Shown one piece after another: positions 46,767 through 57,323 of a stretch of 64,000 nt of DNA. The notes beneath the pieces are model-generated. The model ran no database searches, was not told the origin of the DNA, and saw only the letters and a program-made list of their open reading frames with translations. Positions within the stretch are counted from its first letter, which is position 1. Every line of letters begins with the position of its first letter. The position numbers were made by a program, and so were the translations under genes. The stretch comes from an uncultured virus (IMG/VR IMGVR_UViG_3300021957_000006) (lineage: Duplodnaviria > Heunggongvirae > Uroviricota > Caudoviricetes), in the IMG/VR virus record IMGVR_UViG_3300021957_000006. One strand, written 5' to 3'.

Positions 46767-49565
46767 TTAACTTCCTGCGCCATAGAGTGTCTTTATAGCT
46801 GATCCAGCTGAGTTATAAATTATTAAAGATACAGCAGATTTTAGTTCAGAGCTACCAACAGCATCAGCTGCAATCATTGCTGTTGAGACTTGTGCTTGAG
46901 ATACAACTCCGGAGGTGTTTGTTGTTAAAACTCTATCAGCGGTAGTCATACCTCCAAGTTTAATAGGTACATGAGAAGCTAACCCAAGAGTAACTCCGTC
47001 ACTTGCAGCCTTTAAGAATTCTCTAAGTGATCCTGCTTTCATGTATTGGTATGAAACTGTAGCGCCTTCAGATCCATCAGTCAAGATAGAAGATGCTGAT
47101 GAAACAGTATGATACATAAGTTCTTCACCGGCGTCATTGTGCCCCGACATACTCAACATAGCTGAAGTTACAACAGATGGACTCTTATCTGCATTTCTAA
47201 TATTAAAATTTGCAATGGTATCAGAATCACTAACTTGAACTGAGCTGGTTGGTCTAAAATATATACGAGGTGAGTTGTTATACCCTTGAATAGATTTAAC
47301 ATCTGTAATATCAGAATCTAAATGAAAAGTAGTACCACTTAAGTTAATATTATTACCAGCAGCATATGTTGTGTCTGTAGAAGTAATGGTAATATCATCA
47401 CCAGATCTAGTTATAGTGCTTGCACCAGCGCCTGTAAATGTTACAGTTTGATTTGAATATACTGGAGCAGAACCTCCTGTACCACTTGCAGCGATATTCC
47501 AGCTAGCATAATTATCATAAGTATTTTTAATAGATACGGCACCACTTGATACTGTAAAGTCATTTGTATTAAATGAGGCAATACCTTTGTTAATGGTTGA
47601 GGCATCTTCTCCTTTGATAGTTGAGCCATCAAAGTCAATACCTTCACCAGCAGTCATTGCTGTTAGAATAGATGTCGCTGTAGGACCTGTGTATGTTATT
47701 AATCCAGAAGTATTATTATATGAAACACTTCCTAAGTTAGAGGAAGATACAGAAAGCTGTCCAGGAACATCTGTTAGTCTTGCAATCGTGCCTGCATTAA
47801 CTCCAGAGAATTCCCATTTATCATTAAGCTCGTTAAATTGTAAAATAGCATTAGCTTGATCACCTCGCTCTATTTCGATTCCAGATCTAAGCGAAGTTGC
47901 TGGGGTGCCTGTTTGACCGCTATTGAGAACCATAATGTTATCTTCAATAGTCATTTCAGCAGTATTTAAAGTAGTAGTGGTTCCACTAACAGTTAGGTTA
48001 CCCGTTACAACCAGGTTTTGAGGAACAGTAATATCGTCCGCCAGTACAACATCTAATGTACCGTCTACATCTTGATAGGCAACAGAAACTCCTGTCTCAG
48101 TGTTGCCAGTAAACATTGCTCCGACTACGTCTTGAATCTTTTCCGGGTTTAGTCTAATAATACCATTTGAACTGTCACCTAAAAATGAGCTATCAGTTAG
48201 ATCACTAAACACCACTGCTCTGCTCATATTACCAAGAGTACCTAGCTGCCAGTAATCTAGATCTTCTCTCCACAGAAGCTGTGCACTATCTGCAGTACCA
48301 CGATCTACAATAAAACCAGCATTACTGACTGGATTACCAGTTGTACCTGATAGAACTTCTAAGAACTGAGCTGCGTTAGTAGTTGTACCACTTACAGTAA
48401 AGTTACCAGTAACTGTAAAGTTACCTCCAGCTGAAATATCATTTGTTACTGTTAGATCATTTCCAATAGTAACATCATTAGGAAGTCCAATAGTAGCAGA
48501 AGATCCTTCGCCTGGAGTGTGAGTAACCTCTACTTCATTAGAGGTACCAGTGATACCTGACATATAGTTACCAGCAGTCTCTGTTCCAAGAATAACACCG
48601 TTGTCTTTAATTGTTACATTACCACCAGTAACTAAGAAATTAGATGTATCAAATTTAGCAACACCTAGACTTGAACTAGTCGCAGTTTCTGCTGCTATGG
48701 CTATTTGATTATTAGTTACTGTAGTATCGATAGCAGAACCAGCTGCAAAGGTAATTGTATCGCCTAACGTTACATCATCTGTAACTCCAGCAGACGCTGC
48801 AATCTTAAACGCTCTACCAGTTGATGTTACGATGCCACCTATGTTAACATCACCATCTACTACAACATTATCTCTAAACTCTGCACTATCTGTGACTGTT
48901 AACAGACCATCAATAGTAGTATTGTCTAGTGTTGTAACACCATCTACATCGAGATTACCAGTAATAGATGCACTATCAGCTGCTAACCTATCTACAAAGG
49001 CTGTACCGTCTAGATATAGATGCTGCCATTGTTGAGTTGTACTACCAAGATTATATGTATCGTCTGTATTAGGAATAATATGAGAATTAACATCAGCATT
49101 GAATACAACATTGTCAGTACTAGCATCACCTAGATTAATATTAGAGTTTGTACCAGCTTTAAATGTTACTTCACCGTCTACAATAAGAGTACCACCCATT
49201 GTGGTATTTCCTGTGACGTTTAGGTTGGTGTTAATATTTACAGAACCATCAACAACTATATTGCTTTTAAATTCAGCACTATCGGTTACAGTTAATTCAT
49301 CTCCTAGAAAGGTATGAGAGTTAACTTTAAGGTTGCCTTTAATAACATTACTAGCTGCAGAGTCTCTCATATGAAGCTTAGCAGAGTTTATTAATGTATT
49401 ATTAATAGAGTCTAATCTAGTATCTACTTCGTTAATAGCTCCAACTATATCTGAGTCTTGAGTAGTGGATAAAGCTCCTCTCCACCCTACGTCACGAGAG
49501 ATGATATTAACCTTTTCTTGAAAGGTCTTTACTGTATCGCTAATATTTACAATCTGCTTTGGCAT
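46767..49565 (-). CDS. Long fibre / whisker-like structural protein
   Basis: VNISDT...QEKVN N-terminus, LTVTG beta repeats, KGIASF fibre repeats. Confidence 0.7.
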   Translation of the reverse strand: MPKQIVNISDTVKTFQEKVNIISRDVGWRGALSTTQDSDIVGAINEVDTRLDSINNTLINSAKLHMRDSAASNVIKGNLKVNSHTFLGDELTVTDSAEFKSNIVVDGSVNINTNLNVTGNTTMGGTLIVDGEVTFKAGTNSNINLGDASTDNVVFNADVNSHIIPNTDDTYNLGSTTQQWQHLYLDGTAFVDRLAADSASITGNLDVDGVTTLDNTTIDGLLTVTDSAEFRDNVVVDGDVNIGGIVTSTGRAFKIAASAGVTDDVTLGDTITFAAGSAIDTTVTNNQIAIAAETATSSSLGVAKFDTSNFLVTGGNVTIKDNGVILGTETAGNYMSGITGTSNEVEVTHTPGEGSSATIGLPNDVTIGNDLTVTNDISAGGNFTVTGNFTVSGTTTNAAQFLEVLSGTTGNPVSNAGFIVDRGTADSAQLLWREDLDYWQLGTLGNMSRAVVFSDLTDSSFLGDSSNGIIRLNPEKIQDVVGAMFTGNTETGVSVAYQDVDGTLDVVLADDITVPQNLVVTGNLTVSGTTTTLNTAEMTIEDNIMVLNSGQTGTPATSLRSGIEIERGDQANAILQFNELNDKWEFSGVNAGTIARLTDVPGQLSVSSSNLGSVSYNNTSGLITYTGPTATSILTAMTAGEGIDFDGSTIKGEDASTINKGIASFNTNDFTVSSGAVSIKNTYDNYASWNIAASGTGGSAPVYSNQTVTFTGAGASTITRSGDDITITSTDTTYAAGNNINLSGTTFHLDSDITDVKSIQGYNNSPRIYFRPTSSVQVSDSDTIANFNIRNADKSPSVVTSAMLSMSGHNDAGEELMYHTVSSASSILTDGSEGATVSYQYMKAGSLREFLKAASDGVTLGLASHVPIKLGGMTTADRVLTTNTSGVVSQAQVSTAMIAADAVGSSELKSAVSLIIYNSAGSAIKTLYGAGS

Positions 49566-49567
49566 CT

Positions 49568-49789
49568 CTATTTCTCTACTAGTTTGGTCAGTAAATCTTT
49601 TATATCACTCATATCATTCTTTAATTGATCTACATCAGATTTTAGTTGTTGTTGCTCCTGCTGCTGCAATCGCCAATTATATTTTCGAGTTCTAGCTAAG
49701 TCACTCTCAGATCTATTTATATTAATAACAGCACCAGTTTTTTTATCTCTTATAAGATCTGTATGCCCTTCAACTTTTAAATGATTCAT
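49568..49789 (-). CDS. Conserved small protein following the VrlC-like gene
   Basis: KVEGHTDLIRD..TGAVIN plus a C-terminal coiled coil. Confidence 0.75.
   Translation of the reverse strand: MNHLKVEGHTDLIRDKKTGAVININRSESDLARTRKYNWRLQQQEQQQLKSDVDQLKNDMSDIKDLLTKLVEK
49714..49721 (-). promoter_or_regulatory. Possible T4-type late promoter TATAAATA (intragenic)
   Basis: Exact consensus about 150 bp upstream of fibre start 49565. Confidence 0.5.
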
Positions 49790-49790
49790 A

Positions 49791-52700
49791 TTAAACCGTT
49801 AATGCTATAATTCTTAAATCGCCAAAGCGAGTAGTCTTTGCGCTATTGGTAGATTTCATAACTATTTTAACTTGGAATTGATCGAAGTCATCTAAATGAC
49901 CTCCTATTCCTCCAGGTAAGAATCTATAATCTCTATAGATAGTTGGATTATCATCTGAAGGCATATCTGTTTCCGGAGCAATCAAAACAAAGTCATTATC
50001 AAGTAATCTACCACCGCTATTAGTTCTATAGTAAACATCGAAAGATGCAGCTGATGGCTTGTTAGCAGCTAACATAATTTTTAGACCCTTAGCTTTTTCA
50101 GCTAGAGTAACCGGTCTTGTAAGATGTTTAGCTAATGTAGACCCTCCTCGAGCACTTGTTTCTACAACAGTATTCAATGCATTGTTATTATCAATTCTAT
50201 TGTGTATTGTAGCTACAGATGTTCTTTGAAGATCAATTACTGGGGATACCTTATCGGATACAGAAGTAAAGTCTAGTTTAAATGTACCAGACCTTTCTCC
50301 GGCTGATAATTTAACTGTATCATTAGCTTTAGTAGCAAGTATCTTAGGAGTTTGGAAGTAAATATTTCTGTTGATTGGATAAGAAGTATAAGATGTCTCT
50401 TTTTGATAAGCTGTTTGATTACTTGAACCAAGAGATTTTCCAGACGTTAGCTTTGCACTTAAAGATATGTTAGTAAGAGGTGGTAGTATATTTTCTACTT
50501 TTACCATCATAGTCTCAAACATGTTCTGCCGTTCAATAGTAAAGTTACCTCCTCCAATAGTAGAAGAAGTAGCAGTTGATCCTGCTGTAAATGTAAAGTT
50601 ATCACCGTCAATAGCTACTACTGTTCTTCTAGTAGGAGTCGACCCTTGGAAGTTAATACTATCCGCTGGAATACCACCTGTAGAAGCAGCACCTAAGATT
50701 TTTACAACATCTCCGATCTGCAGTCCATGATCTGGAAGATGTACAGAAACTGTAGCACTATTATTTGTAGTTGTAAGAGCATTAGATACATTAACCATAG
50801 CAGGAGAACTATTCTCAATAATAGCTGAACCAGTTGTATTAAACTGTGCTCTCATCAGTTCGAAAGTAAGATCTTTTGTTTGATCCGGCTCCCAAGTTCT
50901 AGCGTTTTGAGATTTAAATAATGAACCCAAAGTAGCCTGTTTAGTTAATCTTCTCTCTGTAGATCCTAATAAGAATTCTCCAGCTTCTGCTACGAACACT
51001 TCATACTCATTAGAATCAGAAAGAAGTACTATAGCGTACTCTTCATTACCTGATAAGTAGACAGGCTCTTCTAATGTAAAAGTAGTAACCGCTGTACCAT
51101 CATCAGATACTGTAATAGCAGAAGGAGATTTGAATAAGGTAGATCCTGGTACAATTGCATCTGCAGATGGGTGACCGTTTACCATAGGTCTAAGTTGAGC
51201 TACAACTGGTACTGCTCCGGTTAAAGGTTTAGATTTAAATCTAACTTTAATAGATGTGATAAACACCCCTTCAAGATCTTCTACAAGGAAGGACTGAGCT
51301 AGAGGATCTTTACCTCTTCTTCGAGTCTCAACTGAAACTCCGGTAGATACTCGAGTTGTTGAAACACCAAGGTCTACAATCCTAGTAGAGAGTACTGTTT
51401 GCTGTCTATGTATAGTAATACCTTGAGCAAAGTATTTAGCATCTGCAATAGAAGTACAAGCGTCTTCATCATTTATTGATATGTCAAGAAGACTAAAAGT
51501 ACGATCACCTGCAGCAAATTTAATTGCATCTGTGTGAGGTAAGAAGAAAGATCCAGCTAAAGATCCATCTGCTTCTGTAACCAGTGATGCTGTAGGTCCA
51601 TCTGGATGCTCTGTTATATTGTTGTAACCTGTAGAATAATCTGAATCAAGAGTAGATATGCGTCTGAAAGTTTCTTTCTTTACCCAGCTAGCTACACTTT
51701 TATTAGAGAAGAATGGAAAATGTCTTGTACTTGGTTTTAGTCCTTGAGCTTTGAAAAAGATCTTTCTAGTGCGCATGAAAGGAATAAAGGTACGGTTGAC
51801 TTCTACACCTTCTTCATCAATAAATTCTGTCTTAGTTCTTAGCCCTTCAACCTTAACGGATGTATCATTTCTAAACAAAGGAGTAGTAGTTGTGTTACCG
51901 TCTCTTACAGCATTAGCTGTATCTCGTTGAGTAGCTCCTACTAAAGTATCTCCTAATTGATCTCCAAGCGAAATATTTTCAGCACCTGACCAGTTAAAAC
52001 TCCAATCATCCCAAACTTGTCCGCGAATATTACCCTGCTCAAATCCTCCGTCTACTACAATAGGATCTGTAAATGCTGTTTCAAACCATTCATCAGATGC
52101 AGGTGAAAGCTCCATAAAGCCTCTTTTCTGAACAACAGCAAATGGGTTAACATTTTCAAAACCTGTTACATAATCATTTTTTAGATAACTGATCTCATCA
52201 TGCTTTAGAATTATGTTGTCCCCAAATCTCCTTACGTTTGAGTTACCTGAATTGTCACTATCATAATAGAGTTTAACATTTCTGTTAGTGAAAGAAGGAC
52301 GTAGCTGTTTGCGGGATGGGTCAATAGCTGCTCTATAATCTAGAGAGTTAACAAAGGATCTAGATTGGTCTTTAAAGTTATCTACAAAGAAACCAGACTT
52401 ACTTCTACTTAATCCAGCAGAATCAAACACATCCATTTGAGATGTTTCTAACTCAAGTAGGGTTAGGGCTGTAGTTTCTTCTAAGCTAGATACTCGCTGC
52501 TCTAGCTTACCAATGTCTGCCATTGTAAAGCGCTTATATCTGAGCATCTCAGACTGTAAATCATTGTCATCAACAACATATGGATTCATTGTTACGTTAA
52601 ATAAATCCAGAGAATTTTCAGGTGATTTAGGAAGCTTAGGTTGTACTGCAGCTGCACCTAATTCTACAGAAATATTACTATTAGTATCAATAGCTACTTT

Positions 52701-54872
52701 TGCTGATTGAGCTTGATAATAATTCACATCAAAGTTAATTAGGTCGGTAGGTCTAGGTAGCTCGTTAATAATAGCTCCAGATCCAAAATTTCCAGAAGAG
52801 TTAACTACTGGTCTAAAGTCTAACACGTTACGTAGGTTAATTACACTACCATCTGCTTTACTGAAATTTTGAATATCTTCATAGTCTACTTGACCAATAT
52901 ACGAATTAACTGCGAAAAAGTCTCCACCTGCTCCATGTTCAAAGAATTTATATTTTACATATACAGCTGAAGGAGCAGTATTACCAGCAATAAGATTAAG
53001 TTTACCTAATGCATAAAAATCATCTCTTTGACCATTATCTGTTTCATAGATAGCTGCAATACTATCTCCATCTGAATCAGTTGATTTAATTACATCGAAA
53101 GAAAAAATATCAGCTTTATCTAATGTGCAGTTACCAGCACCGTCTGGAGAAATAGTTTGAGTTCTCTCTGTAAGAGTCTTTGATCTAACAACGCCAGCTG
53201 ATTTATTAACATAAGCAAGTATTTCGAGAGGAGTGCTATTACCTTCTTGAGTGTCTATAGTAGATGTTGCAGATCCTGCTCCTGTAGTACTAGCATCTAA
53301 AGTAGATATGGTATCATTAGTAGGAGATATAATCCAATCTGTTGTATTAGCAAAGTTCTCTCCAGATGCAGATAATGATATGTTAACAACTCCGGAACTA
53401 TTTGTAGAAGCTGTAAATCTACGTTGAACCGCTAATGAGATATCAGAGAGTGATTGAGGTCTAGTTGTAGGAAGGTCAAATAGCAGAGAGCTATTAGCAG
53501 CATCTTTTAAAATGGCTTTACTTTGCTCTAGTACTAAATTCCAATAATCGGTTGCACTATCTCCAATTGATTTTGCTTCAGCAAAGTTTTTACCAGAATT
53601 CATTTGAATTGCAAAAAGATAGAGTCTATAATTAGCGCCGTCTTCTTCTACATGCCTAACTCGAGCTGTACCAATAGTATTTCCACCATGATTAGTAGCA
53701 TCTCGCAAATTCATTTCTTGCAATTCGTTAATATCTGGAAGACCTTTGTTACTACTAACTATTACATAACTACCATAACTAGCTGCTACTACTTGATTGT
53801 TCAAAGCTGTGGTAGTTCTAGGTTTATCAACTGTAATAATAGTATCTCCACCTGTAGCAGCTCTGTATCCATCTACATAAGCAGTACCAGATGATACGAT
53901 AAAATCTAGTTTTGTATTATCGGAATCATTAGTTTCAAAAAGTAACTCAAAAGGTTTAACAATATAATCACCAGATTCTTCTCTAGTTCTAAGAGCTAAA
54001 ACATTATCTATTTGATTGTAATTATCTACTGCTGTCACTTGAGAGGTAATGACGCCGTCTCTTACTTTAGCTACTTCAATATAATTTTCATCAGAGTTAA
54101 TTTCATCTCTAGTAGCAATAGTAAGTTTAATTCTATAACGATCTGCACCAGGAGAAGATAGATTAGGAGTTGCCCCTTGGTTATCGAATAGCGCTACATC
54201 ATCTGAAGAACTAACAATATCCTGTGTTACTTTAAACCCAACGCTAAAGCTAGGTTTGTTATTATACTTACTAACAATCTTAGATTGAGCTGTACTATGT
54301 ACAAAATGTTCTTGTGCAAAAAAGTCACCACCATGAATAGATACTTTACACCCTTGACCAACAGCGGGGTTGGATACTGTATTAGTAGCTTGTACTGTTA
54401 GCGGATTGGAGCCGCCATCATTTATAGTATCGCCTGGAGCGACTCTTACAGGAGCAGTACCTGCATTTGACACATTAGTGCTTGTATACTGTACAAAAAG
54501 AGTTCCTGGTTCACTGCTTGAAACTACAGGAGTAGCTTCAATTACTTTAAATGTTACACCGCCTGCAGAAGTAAAATTAAGCCCTTGTAAAGTAGTTAAA
54601 TCTTCTGGAAGATTATTAACAGTAGTATCTAATTTAATAAATTCATACTCATTATTTACTGTCACTCCTCCAGGATTTACAGCAGCGCCTTCTTTAAAAA
54701 TATGTTTGCCTAATCTTCCAATCTCTGATTGAATAATAGTCTGTAATTGAGTAAGCTCGCGGGCTTGTAAAGCACGTCCACTGTTGAACAATACTCTGTG
54801 ATAGTTATCGCTATCACTGTAATCATCTTTGTATGTAGATGAAAATATTTCCGATGTAAACGCTTGAGTCAT
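49791..54872 (-). CDS. VrlC-like (DUF4815) large virion structural protein
   Basis: YKDDY...YHRVLF..GRALQARELTQLQ, PGADRYRI, RTREESGDY, KSGFFVDNF, DPLAQSF, GSLFKSQN motifs. Confidence 0.9.
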   Translation of the reverse strand: MTQAFTSEIFSSTYKDDYSDSDNYHRVLFNSGRALQARELTQLQTIIQSEIGRLGKHIFKEGAAVNPGGVTVNNEYEFIKLDTTVNNLPEDLTTLQGLNFTSAGGVTFKVIEATPVVSSSEPGTLFVQYTSTNVSNAGTAPVRVAPGDTINDGGSNPLTVQATNTVSNPAVGQGCKVSIHGGDFFAQEHFVHSTAQSKIVSKYNNKPSFSVGFKVTQDIVSSSDDVALFDNQGATPNLSSPGADRYRIKLTIATRDEINSDENYIEVAKVRDGVITSQVTAVDNYNQIDNVLALRTREESGDYIVKPFELLFETNDSDNTKLDFIVSSGTAYVDGYRAATGGDTIITVDKPRTTTALNNQVVAASYGSYVIVSSNKGLPDINELQEMNLRDATNHGGNTIGTARVRHVEEDGANYRLYLFAIQMNSGKNFAEAKSIGDSATDYWNLVLEQSKAILKDAANSSLLFDLPTTRPQSLSDISLAVQRRFTASTNSSGVVNISLSASGENFANTTDWIISPTNDTISTLDASTTGAGSATSTIDTQEGNSTPLEILAYVNKSAGVVRSKTLTERTQTISPDGAGNCTLDKADIFSFDVIKSTDSDGDSIAAIYETDNGQRDDFYALGKLNLIAGNTAPSAVYVKYKFFEHGAGGDFFAVNSYIGQVDYEDIQNFSKADGSVINLRNVLDFRPVVNSSGNFGSGAIINELPRPTDLINFDVNYYQAQSAKVAIDTNSNISVELGAAAVQPKLPKSPENSLDLFNVTMNPYVVDDNDLQSEMLRYKRFTMADIGKLEQRVSSLEETTALTLLELETSQMDVFDSAGLSRSKSGFFVDNFKDQSRSFVNSLDYRAAIDPSRKQLRPSFTNRNVKLYYDSDNSGNSNVRRFGDNIILKHDEISYLKNDYVTGFENVNPFAVVQKRGFMELSPASDEWFETAFTDPIVVDGGFEQGNIRGQVWDDWSFNWSGAENISLGDQLGDTLVGATQRDTANAVRDGNTTTTPLFRNDTSVKVEGLRTKTEFIDEEGVEVNRTFIPFMRTRKIFFKAQGLKPSTRHFPFFSNKSVASWVKKETFRRISTLDSDYSTGYNNITEHPDGPTASLVTEADGSLAGSFFLPHTDAIKFAAGDRTFSLLDISINDEDACTSIADAKYFAQGITIHRQQTVLSTRIVDLGVSTTRVSTGVSVETRRRGKDPLAQSFLVEDLEGVFITSIKVRFKSKPLTGAVPVVAQLRPMVNGHPSADAIVPGSTLFKSPSAITVSDDGTAVTTFTLEEPVYLSGNEEYAIVLLSDSNEYEVFVAEAGEFLLGSTERRLTKQATLGSLFKSQNARTWEPDQTKDLTFELMRAQFNTTGSAIIENSSPAMVNVSNALTTTNNSATVSVHLPDHGLQIGDVVKILGAASTGGIPADSINFQGSTPTRRTVVAIDGDNFTFTAGSTATSSTIGGGNFTIERQNMFETMMVKVENILPPLTNISLSAKLTSGKSLGSSNQTAYQKETSYTSYPINRNIYFQTPKILATKANDTVKLSAGERSGTFKLDFTSVSDKVSPVIDLQRTSVATIHNRIDNNNALNTVVETSARGGSTLAKHLTRPVTLAEKAKGLKIMLAANKPSAASFDVYYRTNSGGRLLDNDFVLIAPETDMPSDDNPTIYRDYRFLPGGIGGHLDDFDQFQVKIVMKSTNSAKTTRFGDLRIIALTV

Positions 54873-54884
54873 ATTAGTCTTCCA

Positions 54885-56252
54885 TTAGAGTTGGATAATA
54901 ATTTTTATATCTTCTGTTTGATCTGCGGATCTCTGAACTGCTGCTCTATTATCTATATAGATTACTTCACCTGTAGATGTATCAACATCTGCATTAAGAT
55001 ACGCTAAAGTATCTCCATCAGCAGAAGTTAAATCTAGAACGCCGTTACCTGATGTCCCTATTTGAGTAATACTTTCTTGTTCTTGAAAAGACTTAAATTG
55101 AGTATCAGAGTCCTGAATATACCATACTTCATCTGAATCTGTCTTTACTACATAAGCTTGAGCTCCGGAGGTACTTCCCACGATAATTTTATCTAAAGAA
55201 AAACTAGCTCCTATGCTAGAAAATTTCATTCTTCTTAAAGCATTACCCGTAACACCTCCAAATAAAGTTGAAGCATTAGGTACTTGAATATTTTTTACCA
55301 GAGATACTTGTCTAAAATCGTTACCCACTACCCAGTTGGATCCTTCATCTCCATCTGGTTTTGCAGTAAACATAATAGCAGTTGCTTTTAAATCATCTCT
55401 AGGATCTGCTCCGAATCCAGCTGCAGGGCTTAAGATAGGTCTTATGTTTGCTCCTGTACCATTACCTCCAGTAACATCTACATGCGCAAAGGAGAAATTT
55501 CTACCATGAGCTTTTAGACCATCTGAATCCGCAATAGTTACTTTTGTTACAGCTCCGCCACTAATATGAGCCACTGCATTAGCAGCTACTCCGTCTCCAA
55601 CTACACTTATTGTAGGTACGGTAGTGTAACCTGATCCACCACTAAGAACTTCGAAACCAGCTATTTGACCAGCAACTGCAGCATTTTGAATACCAACTTG
55701 CTCAACGTGATCAGCAGGGTCGTCATTACCCGCTGCTGGGAATTTAGTTACAGGCATAAAGTTAGCAGATAAGAATTGAGAAGCTCTAAGAGCACCTACA
55801 GAATATAAAAACTTCCATACATAACCATCAGCAGTTTCAAATGAAGTGGTTAAAGTACCACTAGGTTTAACAGTAGATGTTACAGTTTGTCCTTGTGCAT
55901 TTTTACCAGCTTCTAAACACACATAAACGTTATTCTCTTCTGTAATAACGTAAAAGCTATTATTTGCATGTCCAGAAGAGTTATCATTATATCCTTGATA
56001 GATAGCACCTAATGTCCAACTAGCTCTGGGTACAACAAAGGAATGCGCTTCTACATTTTTTATGGATGTAAAGTTTTGCTGAGCATCTCTAATTGTTCTA
56101 ATAGTATTGGATGGAGTAGGAGCCTCATCCTCTGCATTCCAATCAACGGGTCGACCTACAGCAACATAATATTTGTTTGCTGCACTGTCTACATCTGCTT
56201 GGAGATTAATTAGAACTTCTTTTTTAAATCTATCTGTAATAATTGCTGGCAT
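54885..56252 (-). CDS. gp8: Baseplate wedge subunit
   Basis: MPAIITD.F, FYVIT...VYVCL, DGYVWKFLY, GEVIYIDNR....RSADQTEDIKIIIQL motifs. Confidence 0.92.
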   Translation of the reverse strand: MPAIITDRFKKEVLINLQADVDSAANKYYVAVGRPVDWNAEDEAPTPSNTIRTIRDAQQNFTSIKNVEAHSFVVPRASWTLGAIYQGYNDNSSGHANNSFYVITEENNVYVCLEAGKNAQGQTVTSTVKPSGTLTTSFETADGYVWKFLYSVGALRASQFLSANFMPVTKFPAAGNDDPADHVEQVGIQNAAVAGQIAGFEVLSGGSGYTTVPTISVVGDGVAANAVAHISGGAVTKVTIADSDGLKAHGRNFSFAHVDVTGGNGTGANIRPILSPAAGFGADPRDDLKATAIMFTAKPDGDEGSNWVVGNDFRQVSLVKNIQVPNASTLFGGVTGNALRRMKFSSIGASFSLDKIIVGSTSGAQAYVVKTDSDEVWYIQDSDTQFKSFQEQESITQIGTSGNGVLDLTSADGDTLAYLNADVDTSTGEVIYIDNRAAVQRSADQTEDIKIIIQL

Positions 56253-56267
56253 TTTATATCTCTTATG

Positions 56268-57281
56268 TTATGCTACGTAAACTAGGGCAGCTGTGTCACT
56301 AGATGCGTATGTTTTCTCTGACATTAGTAACCAACCGTCTGTATTGTCAATCCAAATCATGTTAACTAACCCATTTTCTCTAAGATGTAATGTAGTTCCA
56401 TTTTTAAAAGTAGCTGGAGTTACAGTTACTTCTCCTGTACCAATATTAGCTAATGTTTTAGTTTCTCCAACAAATGTACCATTAGCTAAACTAACTCCTG
56501 TTAAAGCTCCTCCAGCTTCGAAGATAGTCAATGGCCGTTGAAGGTTGATCGCGGTGTTACTTGAAATCGTTTCAGAGCGATATCTTATACCGCTTTGTAT
56601 ATGAACTAATCCGCTATTCTTACCTGAAATACCTATACCCACATTAGCGTCTGTACCTAATCCAGCTAATTGAGGAATACCATTTGTAGCTGCATTTGAT
56701 ACTTGTATATGATTAACTGCACTAGATGAAGGCGTTATTTCAAATACTTCAGCTCCGTTAACATCGTTTACTACTCCTGTAATAGTAGGATTAGTTAAGA
56801 CGGGAGTTGTAAGTGTTTTATTTGTTAATGTCTGGGTATGAGCATTAAATGTAAACTCATCGTTAGTTGTTAATAATGGTAATGTAATAGTTCTATCTGC
56901 AGCTAACTCACTTACTGCTACAACATACTGATGATCTGCACTCGTATCATTAATTTGAGGTGTAGTCAGTACTGGAGATGTTATTGTTTTATTTGTAAGC
57001 GTTTGCGTAGCTTCGTTTAAAGTAATTATGCCTCCAACGCCTGGTAACCTTATTGTGGACTTAGAAGATCCTTCTACAAAGCCTAGAACAGTATTGTGAG
57101 TTAGACCGTTATAAAGAACGCCACTATCAGTCAGAGATACTTTGTTTGTTATTTGTGCACTGTCACCGAGAAGTGTGTATAATTCTCTAAAATTATCATT
57201 AATCTTACCAGACGCTGAACGAAGAGTATCTCCTGTTCCGTCATTGGCTGTAGTGCCTCTATTAATATTCTGTCGTGCCAT
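56268..57281 (-). CDS. Baseplate tail-fibre connector, gp9/gp10-like N-terminus
   Basis: QNINRGTTANDGTGDTLR....KINDNFRELY; QTLTNKT repeats. Confidence 0.8.
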   Translation of the reverse strand: MARQNINRGTTANDGTGDTLRSASGKINDNFRELYTLLGDSAQITNKVSLTDSGVLYNGLTHNTVLGFVEGSSKSTIRLPGVGGIITLNEATQTLTNKTITSPVLTTPQINDTSADHQYVVAVSELAADRTITLPLLTTNDEFTFNAHTQTLTNKTLTTPVLTNPTITGVVNDVNGAEVFEITPSSSAVNHIQVSNAATNGIPQLAGLGTDANVGIGISGKNSGLVHIQSGIRYRSETISSNTAINLQRPLTIFEAGGALTGVSLANGTFVGETKTLANIGTGEVTVTPATFKNGTTLHLRENGLVNMIWIDNTDGWLLMSEKTYASSDTAALVYVA

Positions 57282-57308
57282 TGCTAAATCCGTTTCTAGG
57301 GTTAGTAA

Positions 57309-57316
57309 TATTTATA
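57309..57316 (-). promoter_or_regulatory. T4-type late promoter TATAAATA
   Basis: Exact consensus, intergenic, upstream of 57281. Confidence 0.85.
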
Positions 57317-57323
57317 ATGGTTT

